Shown: in pieces, positions 34,367 through 46,478 of the stretch
Layout of the letters: each line of letters begins with the position of its first letter
Numbering within the stretch: position 1 is the first letter of the stretch
Assembly: GCF_964355755.1 (NCBI RefSeq)
Contig: NC_092671.1
Span: 13,082,001 to 13,146,000 of the forward strand
Direction of reading: 5' to 3'
Origin: Antedon mediterranea
Taxonomy: Eukaryota; Animalia; Echinodermata
DNA: 64,000 bases
Translations under genes and position numbers: made by a program
Notes under the pieces: generated by a model
What the model was told of the DNA's origin: nothing
Database searches by the model: none
What the model saw: the letters and a program-made list of their open reading frames with translations, nothing else

Positions 34367-37300
34367 TTATCGAAGTGGTTTTATCTGTGAAGAAAAAATA
34401 TAATATTTATAGGATTTAAGAAGTACCTGTACATTATTTTTTACTGCTTTCAATTTGTGCATATTTTATTTTTTTTTGCATATTCCAAAATTAACTTACA
34501 TTATCAATGTATACTGAAGCAGACTTATCAACAAACTCTTCCAGCTTCATTATAGATCCTTGATCTTTTCCTAAATATATTGCCTAAAAAAAAGTTATGA
34601 CGGTAAATTATTAATTCACTATGCCCTCAATGAATAATAATTGGATGGCAAACATTAGGTACATGTACAAGGTTTGTTTAAAAACAATTACTTTCTTTTA
34701 AAAGGGCGAGTTCAATACACATACTTGCATGCACCAAAGACTTCTTATTTCCAAATTTTGAGAAAATATAATTTATAAAAGATAGAACTGTAGGTTAAGT
34801 TTCAAAATAATTCAAAAAATATTATCCTAATAGGATATTATTTTTTGGTCCTGGGCCTATTTTATAATCGGGATCATTAACTTGAAGAAACAGTTACACT
34901 CAGTACTTACACTATTCATGGCTTTCTCTAATTCTTTTGATCCCAGCATAGATCCTGCCTCTAGCACACTAGTATTACAATAAAAAATGTAAAAACACAT
35001 TCAGACAATTGTTCACCAGTTTAGAGAATTACAGTAGGAAATTTCAAAATAAGAACATTTGTAAAAAAAAATAGAAAACAGTAATTCTTATCCTGTAAAA
35101 GTCAAGAAGTAAAATTAAGAACAAAATACGTACTATGTTTGTGTAGATGAAGGAATGGCGAGGGAACATGCTAGTTGTTTAAGTGCACTCGTGCATAAAC
35201 AGCGGTTGGCCGAGTTGCTTGCATTAATGTCCATGACCTTATACAGATTTGTAGTTTCACTAATGTATTCTAAAACATTTTAAAGAGATTCTGTATATTA
35301 TTTATTCAAGAATTAGAAGCATGCCATTAGCGACAATTAATTAAAAATATACAGTATTAACTTAATCAAAATGAACGATGAAAACTTACCAGTGAATACA
35401 AAACATGCAAGCACTCCAGAATGAAAGATCTGAAAAGAGACCACCTCATAATCACGACAACAGATCTTCTTGATCAACTTCTCAATTTGCACACTTGGAA
35501 CATCTCTAAAGAAAGGTGCCATGTAGTAAATTAAAAAAAAAAACTCATTTAAAATATCACATAGGACAAATCAAAGATGCTGTTAGCACTGTGTCGTAAG
35601 ATAAATCTAAGTAAAGCTAAACTAATACAGTGTTTTATCTGGTACCGTACACTGTGTAACATATTTACAATGGTTCCACGTAGCATTGCTTACAACGGAT
35701 ATTTATGGAAGTGACTATCCGGATTTACCAGTTGTAACTTTGCTATGTTACATAGTGTCCCAGTTAAACATTATCTTTAACCTTTGTAAAAAAATTATGT
35801 TAGCAGAATAGTGACATACTTGCAAATCATGCTCAGCAAATCATGAAAGGCAGTTCCAGAAAACATTTTTCCCTTCTTCTGAGCTAAGGAAAAGCAAAAT
35901 GTAAAACATTATAAATAAGAGTCACCCTCATATAAGATTACATTTTGTTGGAATTGCAATAAGGTAGTGTGTAAGTAGGCTAATGCTAAAATGATATAAG
36001 TTGTCATGCATAAAGACAATAGGCAATGTGGTAAAAAGAGGTCTAAATATAAACAGTCTTAGTGCTTAGTTTATAATTTGCAAAATGCTAGTAGAACCTA
36101 TAAAGTGGTTTAATCCGCTAGCTGCTATACTTTACTTTATAAAAAAGGCAGTTTTTAAACAAAATTCTCATAAAAAATATGTCATTCAAATTTTTTTAAT
36201 TACAACATTTATAGGTTTGAGATAAAATGCTGGCTGTATCAAATATCAACATACCTGTGCTTGGATACAAAATGTCATAAGCCGCGATAACATTACTCTC
36301 AAATGTAACTCGACTGTAGTGAGATAATGTCAACTCCTGATAGGCACGTCTAATGCGGTTGGATTTGTGATCCATGTTTTCAAAGCTACAATACAGTGAA
36401 AGGAGAAGATCAATCAAATAATTATGAAATTATTTCAAGATTAAGGTCAAATATACAAAATATGATAACAATATATTTAGTAAGATTAGGAGATTCAGTT
36501 TACTTTACTTACTGTTGAGCAAGAAATCCCAAAGCATCTTCAGGTTGATTTTCTACCAGCTTTGTTAATGCATATCTCATCTGTTTTGTTACACCATTTT
36601 TTTCTACAATATAATAAACATATTGAAAACATTTAGTACTAGGAGTAGGCCTAGTGCTTTTGTTTTAAATCTTTGTAGTAGGCCTACATTACTAATACTA
36701 CTTAATATTCAGAAACAGGAATCCAAGTATGAAGTCAATAATTAAAATAATTCTTGTCGTTTTATAGCTAGGTAGACTTTATATTTATTAAGGACTAGAC
36801 CTTTGATATATTTCTCCAAGTAAGTTTACTCTATAAAGCGAAGACACGATAAACACTGTCTGTGCCGGTCATACAGTACTAATCTACACCTGGTAGGCTT
36901 GTGGAAATTCAACTTCTATACATTTTTTTTTTCTAATCCAGAAACAAGTTAAAATCAGTAAAATCATAAAGATATATTTTCCCCCTGAAAAAATAATTTT
37001 TTAAATGTTTTTGTTGAATATGCTATTGTCACATAATAGTATTCAAAAAGTGGATCTAAACAAAATTATTTACCTGAAAAAACTGTAATTAACAAAAAAA
37101 ATGGACTGGAATTCAATGGTTTTTTTGTTCAATTTTAACCATTTATCTTTTTATATATTCATATAAATAAAAACATTCTTTTTTTATTTGATTTTCTACA
37201 GAAGTATTTAACTTTTTCAAAATTGTTCAAAGATTTTTTTTACAAATCTTTATTTTTTGATGTTTTTGGGGACAATACACATTGAATTTATGCTTTGACC

Positions 37301-40300
37301 AGAAAAAACCTCACACAACATCAAGTTGGCCCCAAGTCAAGTTGGCCCCAAGTCAACTCGGCCTCACGTCAACTCGACCAAAAAATAATCGGTCAACTCG
37401 GCCCCGTTATAGTATGGAACGCAAAAAGTGCAAATGAAGGGGATTGATAAAATAATATTTCTTCACAATTTTTTAACTATGAATAATTAGACAATATATT
37501 TAGCAAAAAAAATAGGAATGATTTCACCAACTTTTATTTATTTACGTTTAATAAAATTTCCAATCGCACAATTGAAAACAATTCGTAGCTGCGCCTCCCT
37601 GCGCCTTTGGCAGCTTTTTCGATATCTACAACTGCTACGTGTTTTCGCTGACCGGGGGATTCCCCCTTTTTTGATTTACTAAAATGCGGTACCTGCACGT
37701 GTTTTTGTAACGCGCGGGTACTTCTATTCATATCGGAAATGAGTTCATTTTTTTATATGATATTATTTAATTATATTATATTTTTTATTTCTTCATTTTT
37801 TTTAAAGCGTGGATAGTAAGAATCATAATAATATTAAGCACTTTTTGCGTTCCATACTTTATTGTGGCCGAGTTGACCGATTAGTTTTTGGCCGAGTTGA
37901 CGTGAGGCCGAATTGACGTGAGGCCGAGTTGACTTGAGGCCGAGTTGACGTGGGGCCGACTTGACGTGGGGCCGACTTGACTTTGGCCGAGACGGTTTGG
38001 GGCCGACTTGACCACCTGCACCCGACCCAGGCCAAAAAACGTCATTTATCACAGAGGGCGGTCTTCAGTTTCAGAACTAACCTTAGGCCCCTAATCAGTA
38101 TTTTGACATTTTTCACGTTAAAAATGTATAGGCCTAATCCGTACAATTAAATATCACAATAACATTAAATATAATTTTAGCATATACTTGATAACATTTC
38201 ACTTCATAAAGTCCTACCGGATCCTACCGGGCGTAGATTAGTATGACCCGTCTGTCCTGGATCGCTAGCTGCTATAGCCTATGCCATACTCCCGGGGAAC
38301 AGACGATCGGGACCACGGTCGATCGGGCCCAGAAAACGTGGGCCTTGATCGTCTTACCAGTTGGGCCCGATTGTCCAGTGTTTTCAGAACCACTTTGGGC
38401 CCGATCGTCTTACCAGTTGGTCCCGATCGTCTTAGCGTTGGGCCCAATAGTCTTTTGTGGATCGATCCTCTTTTGTGTTATATAAAATAATGTGCCACAT
38501 TTCATCATTTTTCATTCCTAGTGCTAGTGTCAACGTGCTTTTCTTGCGTAAATTAAGATTTTAATTAAAAAGGTTAATTAGATTTTTTTCTGATTTTATC
38601 ATAATTTTCCCCTAGGCCTAATTAACACGGATTACGGTCGAAGCGGCCGCCAACTAAAGCGGCCGCTAGTTCAATAACGGTAATACATATGGAACGCCGT
38701 GTGCGCTTTGATTGTCGTTGTTTTGTAATCTTTGATTGTCATTGTTTCGACAGGTTTTCTTTACCTCGGACGTAAATAACAATCTACATTATTATGTAAT
38801 TTATTCTCTTTTTTTTTACAGATTGAATGTGATACGCGTACGTTCTTTTAAACGAAATGGCGAATCGATGATTACTTATTTTAACTGTTCTAAATGATAT
38901 ACATATGTTTAATAAAGTCTATAAAATACATTGTGGTGTTTATATTGTATTTGTATATTAATATAATATAATAATAAGCCAATTATTAAGAATTATATAT
39001 AAATAAACCAATCAATAAAGTATATCAAAATATATAAATATATTAATAATTAAAAATATTTGTTATTGTATATTAATTAATTAGTAAAGTAACTAGAAGT
39101 GTTCGCAATCATAATTTAATTACAATAACATGATGACAGAAATTTATTTAATATCCTACACTATTTTATTACTTCAGATATTTAAATATTGATCAATTGA
39201 AAATGAGTTTTAAATACTAAAATAAGATGAAAGTGTCTGTTTGATACGGTAATTAATTACGCGAATTTCTGCTAATAACTCGACTGACGGCCAGCAATAG
39301 TGCTGCTGCACATTAGGTGCGCGTCCCATGTTGCTTTATTGAAAACACAAACAATGTATTACAATGGAATAACACTTAAATGTATAACACACCCTATTAC
39401 TAATAATAAAAACCAAGATTCGATAGTACAGTATGTAAATGAGATATAAATATTCGGCAATACCGTACGTAAATTATTATTGCAATACTGTATAAAGATT
39501 CGATAGTATGTAAACAAGATATAAATATTCGGCAATACCGTACGTAAATTATTAATGCAATACTGTATAAAGATTCGATTAAGTCTGTAAATGAGATATC
39601 AAGATTCGGCAATACCGTACGTAAATTATTAATGCAATACTGTATAAAGATTCGATAGTATGTAAAAATGAGATACTGTATAAAGATTCGGCAATACCAT
39701 ACGTAAATTATTAATGCAATGCTGTATAAAGATTCAATAGTATGTGAACGAGATATAAAGATTCGGCAATACCGTACGTAAATTATTAACGCAATACTGT
39801 ATAAAGATTTGATAGTATGTAAAAATGAGATATAAAGATTCGGCAATACCGTACGTAAATTATTATTGCAATACTGTATAACGATTCAATAGTACATATG
39901 TCAAATGAGATATCAAGATTCAGCAATACCGTACGTAAATTATTATTGCAATACTGTATAAAGATTCGATAATATGTATTGTAAACAAGATATAAATATT
40001 CGGCAATACCGTACGTAAATTGTTATTGCAATACTGTATAAAGATTCGATAGTACATATGTCAAATGAGATATCAAGATTCGGCAATACCGTACGTAAAT
40101 TATTAATGCAATACTGTATAAGGATTCAATAGTATGTAAAACGAGATATAAAGGTTCGGCAAAATATATTTCGATAGTTAATACTAATAGTAAATACAAA
40201 TAAAATATACATTGATTTATCGGCAGGCAAACTTAATTATTATAGAAATATAAAGATTTGATAGCTGTAACTCAACTCGCCATAGGCCATGGTGTTGACA

Positions 40301-42861
40301 ACGATAATCAAAGATTAAAGCGCACATGGCGTTCCATACAAATGACGATATTAAACTGGCGGCCGCTTTGGTTGGCGGCCGCTTCGACCATACTCCGGCC
40401 TAGCTAGGCTACTCTACTATAGTAGGGAATTACGATCATCTCGGTCGCGTTTCATTTCAGTCGCGTGTCAATTAAGGTCAATTTTCAACAATACCGATCG
40501 TGGTGTATGGCGCGTCAATTATGCATAAAGCATACGAAAATGGATGCTATTGTAGGATTGAGACTTAACTGTCCGATTTAACTCTCTTTCAGCACTCGGT
40601 ACGTGTAGCAGTTTATTATTTATTTATAAACCTGTTTGCATTTGTAACGATTTTTATCTATATTTTAAGGACACAACAAGTAGCTTACGAAGACGACTCT
40701 AATAGGTTAATAATTATGAATGAGTAAATTGGGAATATTTGTTTGGTGCCAGTTAAAATCAGTGAGAGACTTTACTGAGCTTTTTTATACACTATATTGC
40801 ACTGAAAGATATTATTACGATTATGTATGTAATGTAACATTTTTTTAAAGCATAATGCATTGACGTGTCGCATTATGTCATTATGCCTAATATAATCCCT
40901 GTTTATTAAGAGTGTTGCAAATACTTCAACTCTACCTCTTAATCGGGCTGCTGCATGAAGAGAGTCAGAATGTTCACATCACAATGGAATTAGTTCATCG
41001 CGAAGATGTTGACCGGCTTCAGCGACAAGCTTACCGACGTGCAACTAGAACGCTCTTACGCCTCTGGGACGAGTATCGCGCAGGCCAACGATCAGAGAGA
41101 TCGCTCCTTAAGCTGGATCGCGCGTTATATCAAATGATGTTCGTGATTTGTAGATGAGATAGATGTAAATAAATAGATAAATTAAATAACGTCTGTAGAT
41201 GTAAATAGAGGTGAACATTGTTAATAAAAAAAACAGTAAATACATAGATACATTAAATAACGTTTGTAGATGTATTGTAAATAAAAAGGTTTCAATTTGA
41301 ATGATGAATGTAAACATTTGTATATGCGTTTTTGTTTTAAAAATTAAAGGATTGAATTGAAAAACAGTGTGAATCGAGGTTGTTTTGCATTACATTAACG
41401 TATCTATGTTTTGTTTTTAAATATATGTAAATATTTGTGTATATGTTTTTGTTTTAAAAATAAAAAGATTGAATGATCATTGACAAAAGTGTAAAGTGAG
41501 TTTGTATGTTATTTTTCCCGTCAGAAACAAATAGAATATTTACAAAATATATCAAAATATATTGCTTATAGGCCTAAAAACATTTAAAAAAAAGTTAAAC
41601 TAATATTAATAACATACTGTTTTTACAATTTTATTTAAATATAATGATTATTATATAAAATCATTTTTAAATAAACACCTAAAAAGAGACTACACTTCGA
41701 TCTTTAATTAGAGCTTACAGTGTACAGTACTGCATTGAGCGGCGTTCCATAGAAATCGCCGGTTCGATTTCCCGGAAGCGCGACCGAAATGAAACGCGAC
41801 CGAGATGATCCGATACCATAGTAGGTAGGGTGCAGGTCAAGTCGGCCCCAAACCGTCTCGGCCAAAGTCAAGTCGGCCCCACGTCAAGTCGGCCCCAAGT
41901 CAACTCGGCCTCAAGTCAACTCGGCCTCAAGTCAACTCGGCCTCACGTCAACTCGGCCAAAAACTAATCGGTCAACTCGGCCACAATAAAGTATGGAACG
42001 CAAAAAGTGCTTAATATTATTACGATTCTTAGTATCCACGTTTTTAAAAAAATGAAGAAATAAAAAATATAATATCATATAAAAAAATGAACTCATTGCC
42101 GATATGAATAGAAGTACCCGCGTGTTACAAAAAACACGTGCAGGTACCGTATTTTAGGAAATCAAAGACGGAGGCCTACGTTCCACCATTTGGCCATAGA
42201 AAAAATGATCGTACATCGTTTTTGTGCATGATTTGCGTTTTAAAAAAAGGGGAATCCCCCGGTCAGCGAAAACACGTAGCAGTTGTAGATATCGAAAAAG
42301 CTGGCAAACGCACTACAGGGAGGCTCAGCTACGAAATGTTATTAAACGTAAATAAAGGAAAGTTGGTGAAATCATTCCTATTTTTTTTGCTAAATATATT
42401 ATTGTCTAAATAATAATATTCAATTATTCATTAAAAGTCAGAATTATTCATAGTTAAAAAATTGTGAAGAAATATTATTTTATCAATCCCCTTTATTTGC
42501 ACTTTTTGCGTTCCATACTTTAATGGGCCGAGTTGACCGATTATTTTTTGGCCGAGTTGACGTGAGGCCGAGTTGACTTGCGGCCGAGTTGACTTGAGGC
42601 CGACTTGACTTGGGGCCGACTTGACTTTGGCCGAGACGGTTTAGGGCCGACTTGGATCGAAACCTAGTAGGTAGGCTAGGCCTATAGACTAGAGACTAGC
42701 TATACCTCAAATAGGCTATTTATTAGGATAGGCTTAAGCTGGTTGGTTCAGTATCCCTATATATTATTAAATTATAATAAAATACCAAGAAATTCTTTAT
42801 CCGAGTCCTCTTTTTCGTTTCTTGAACTTTGGCGTCTGCTGCTGCTGCTGCTCCGATCCAT
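34367..42861 (-). CDS. TPGS1: Tubulin polyglutamylase complex subunit 1 (9 exons, 6.2-kb first intron)
   Basis: Exons 42861-42786 (MDRSSSSSRRQ..SDKEFLE), 36603-36513 (KNGVTKQMRYALTKLVENQPEDALGFLAQH), 36385-36255 (FENM..LSHYSRVTFESNVIAAYDIL), 35883-35820, 35505-35390 (KICCRDYEVVSFQIFHSGVLACFVF), 35269-35134, 34968-34911 (VLEAGSMLG), 34583-34500, 34384-34367 (IKPLR*); phases are consistent and motifs match remembered TPGS1. Confidence 0.88.
37321..38023 (-). mobile_element. Mutator-like MITE with 16-bp subterminal repeats, one end truncated
   Basis: Inverted copy of 41828-42664; (AAGTCAACTCGGCCTC)-type repeats at both ends. Confidence 0.8.
38294..38470. mobile_element. Small MITE relic with 22-bp GGGCCCGATCGTCTTACCAGTT repeats
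   Basis: Repeated GC-rich units in direct and inverted orientation. Confidence 0.5.
38628..40397. mobile_element. Non-autonomous TIR element (~90-bp TIRs with paired GCGGCCGC), probably Mutator-like
   Basis: cggattacggtcgaagcggccgccaactaaagcggccgc at left is the reverse complement of gcggccgctttggttggcggccgcttcgaccatactccg at right; TSD not clear. Confidence 0.75.
39415..40165. repeat. ~78-80-bp tandem repeat, ~9 copies, inside the TIR element
   Basis: aagattcgatagtatgtaaa..gagatataaagattcggcaataccgtacgtaaattattaatgcaatactgtata recurs. Confidence 0.92.
40427..41817 (+). mobile_element. Internally deleted Mutator-like element retaining a transposase C-terminal fragment
   Basis: TIRs GATCATCTCGGTCGCGTTTCATTTC; flanking direct repeat ATAGTAGG (40419-40426, 41818-41825); ORF 40912-41157 LYLLIGLLHEESQNV..RLQRQAY..LLRLWDEYRAG resembles the C-terminus of invertebrate MULE transposases (from memory). 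Confidence 0.7.
41828..42664 (+). mobile_element. Mutator-like MITE with 16-bp subterminal repeats and 9-bp TSD
   Basis: TSD TAGTAGGTA at 41819-41827 and 42665-42673; long inverted ends caagtcggccccaaaccgtctcggccaaagtcaag. Confidence 0.85.
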
Positions 42862-42948
42862 TCGAAATGTTGTAAACAAAACAAAGATTATGGAACGCCA
42901 CGACTGCCTTCAGCACGTTCCTATACATTATCAAAAAATACATCTTCA

Positions 42949-44404
42949 TCTATATATAAATTTACGTAAGGGCAAAATTCGATAAATCGCAGTTTATTTC
43001 TAGAATTTTTAGTCGATGGTATATAAAGTTGGTTCGTACTTTCGGTACTGATTTTAACCATCTGATGTAACCATGTTTACTAATTAAATTGAGTTAGATA
43101 ATTAGTTATTGACAATTAAAACGAATTTAGGTTCAACGATTTGCCCCAAATAGGGTGTTTCGTGGTCGTGGTATACACTGTCTAATGGATGTCTAACTTG
43201 AAAAATACCCGCAGACAATAATGCAAGGATGCTTCGCATTTTCCTATCTCCTCCTACGATAATTGTTTTTAATAGCTGAAAACCGGTTGAACAGCTCGAG
43301 TACAGCATCATAATGTTGAAGACAGGCCGATTTTCTTTAAAAAATACTATTTTGATAGATTTAATATACGTTTATACAAATGTTTTGATCTGCGATAAAT
43401 GGAACATTCCAATCTCTGTTCCACAAGTGTCTATTCCCTCAGGCGTCGTAAAGACAAGTACTGTACAGTCATAACAGAAATTCGATACATTTTTTTCCAA
43501 TCTGTGGAATCCTTTTTTTTTAACGCATAATGAGCTAGCCTTTCCAGTCGCCGTCTATTATGTACAATCAACTTTATTATTGCAGCTAAACCACCACCAA
43601 CATCACCACCCTCCCCTCACTGGCATGTGTAGCGTTGTAAAGTCAGTAGAGGACAGGCCTACAGTACGAATGATCAGTACATGCCCTAAACGCAGAACAA
43701 CTTTGGTGGTTAGGAAACAACTTAATTTTCAATACAAGTTGGGTAGCATAATTGGCTCTATGAAACACTTGACCATTAGGCCTACTAATTAAGTTGAGTT
43801 AGATAATTATTTATTGACGATTAAAGCGAATTTACGATTTGCCGCGATTAGAGGTGTTTAATATATTACTGACAGTTCCTTCTGAACGTTTGTAATCATG
43901 TAACTTCAAAAAAATATAAACGTCGTATTAGAGTGATGTATCGTTACATGTACTGTACTATTTCAATCGACTATGACGGTGACAGTTTCAACAAAGTATT
44001 AAATCGCAATGTTTTACTGTGTTTACTGGTATATTATTTGTAAAACATGAAAACAATTCATATTTCGTTACTAAATCGATAAAGAATATATTTAAAAATT
44101 GTTCGTCTTTGCATCCATCCTCTTCCCCATCCCTCAACCCAAATGTTACATACAAAACACAAATTCAGTTTGTTTCTTATTTTGTGACAAACTTCATTTT
44201 CGGAAGTAATTCCCGGGGTGCTAATTTTAGTTGAGTACATAAATCACCGTGTCTATTTATTCGTTCCTGTAAACAACATGTATTATTGTCCTGCATGTGC
44301 ATTTGAAGTCGCCAGTTTTTTAAACGCTGAAATTACTATGTATTCGAGAACCATCTGTGGGCACGACCTAGATGGTACGCGAGCGAAGCGAGCGTACCAT
44401 CTAG
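42949..44404 (+). mobile_element. Non-autonomous Helitron family A, first unit of a tandem dimer
   Basis: A|TCTATATATAAATTTACG start; ends CTAGATGGTACGCGAGCGAAGCGAGCGTACCATCTAG. Confidence 0.9.
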
Positions 44405-45730
44405 TCTATATAAATTTACGTAAGGGCAAAATTCGGTAAATCGCGCCTTACTTCTAGAATTTTTACTCGATGGTATATAAAGTTGGTTCGTACTTTCGGT
44501 ACTGATTTTAACCACCTGATGTAACCCTGTTTACTAATTAAATTAAGTTAGAAAATAAGTTATTGACGATTAAAACGAATTTAGGTTCAACGATTTGCCC
44601 CAAATAGGGGTGTTTTCCGATCGTGGTATACACTCTAATGGATGTCCGTCTTGAAAAATACCCGCCACAAAAATGCGAGTGCGAGGAGGCTTCGCATTTT
44701 CCTATCTCCTCCTACGATAATTGTTTTTAATAGCTGAAAACTGGTTGAACAGCTAGAGTACAGCATCATAATGTTGAAGACAGGCCGATTTTCTGTAAAA
44801 AAATACTATTTTGATAGATTTAATATACGATTATACAAATGTATTGATTTCCGATGAATGGAACATCCCAGAGATTTGTTTAACACAAGTAGGTAAATTT
44901 ATGAGCCCTTGGTTTAAGACATACGGTAGGTAAATATATGGTCCCTTTGAGAATAAACTTGCAATACTTTGACAATACTGTAAATACCTATTAACTATTT
45001 TTGGTCCTCATTTGAATCAAACATTTCTTACTGTGAATGTTCGTAATGTTAGATGTAATATAAAAATATATACAAATAAACTTTATTACTGATATTGTGG
45101 TTAGGCTCTACTGTTAGATATATAAACACATTATTATATACAAATAAACTTTATAGTGACAGTTCCTTCTCAACGTTTGTATTAATTAATAATTACCAAT
45201 AATATAAACGTCGTAGGGGTGTATCGTGACATGTACTTTAATATTTCAATCGATTATGACCGTGACAGTTTTAACAAAGTATTAAATCGCAAATGTTTTA
45301 CTGTATTTAGAGGTATATTATTTATAGGCCTATACAACATGAACAAAATATTTCGTTACTGACTGGATAAAGAATATATTTAAAAATTGTTCCTCTTTGT
45401 ACCTATCCGCTTTCCCATCCCTCAACCCTAATGTTACATACAAAACACAAATTGGGTTTCTTTAAATGAGTCCAAATCAAAAATTTGGACTCATTTTGTG
45501 ATAAGTTTCTCCTTCGGAAGTAATTCCCAGTGTGCTAATTTTAGTTGACCACATAAATCATCGTGTCTATTTATTCGTTTCTGTAAACGACAATGTATTA
45601 TAAGTCCTGCGCCGGGTACGTACATTTGAAATCGCCAGTTTTGTTACGCACCCTGAAATTACTGTGTATTAGAGAACCATCTGTGGGCACGACCTAGATG
45701 GTACGCGAGCGAAGCGAGCGTACCATCTAG
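44405..45730 (+). mobile_element. Non-autonomous Helitron family A, second unit of a tandem dimer
   Basis: TC start abuts the previous CTAG with no spacer; same 3' hairpin, CTAG|T end, no TSD. Confidence 0.9.
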
Positions 45731-46478
45731 TAGATATAAGACATCATGTAAGGTACTCAATACTACTATACACACGTGCCTATACATAAGACATCGACTG
45801 AATATTTGAATAACACATTTTTGTTTAAATTCCGTTTTTTTTTACTGTAATTAGCCTATAAACCAATTTGGTGTTAAAAGCAAAACCATCAAAAAGTTTT
45901 GTATTATTTCCTGTAGGCCTACTGTACAAAAATATGATACACAAGCAACTCTCTACATACACATAACGTTCCTTGTTTTGCCTCGTGTTAGTTTCTTCCT
46001 AATTAATAGAGATTGGATACCCCCGTAATGAACACACAGAATCACAAGATTTTGATAATGTAATGAAGCATAGAGTGGTGTTAGAGTGGTCTACTTAAAA
46101 AAAGAATGTAGGCTATGTATGAAATTATTTACACACAAGCGGTTTTCAGAGTTGAACACAATAGATCATGTAAAACAAATGTTATAAGCATTTCGTGTGT
46201 AAACAATATAATTGTGTGAAAATACTTTTATTCCTTTAATATAAGGTGGATCCTTAAGATTTTTACTACACTACATAAATGATCATGTAGACAAGTTGCA
46301 ATAATCGTTGGGAAAGTACTGATAAATCTGAAAAAGAGGAATACATCGTGTTCAATTCGAGAAATGGATATTGCATTCCAAGCATATCGAATGACGTGGA
46401 GAAAAGTTTGTGTAGTTAATATCTTGTTATAAGCAGACCATTTAATATTATTCTTGTTGAACAATGTCAGTTTCGCGG

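Noticed and set aside
36830-36915. Candidate first exon of TPGS1
   Set aside because: Wrong phase and no similarity; the exon at 42861-42786 fits phase and sequence.
39400-39846. 148-aa repetitive ORF
   Set aside because: Translation of the ~79-bp tandem repeat inside a TIR element.
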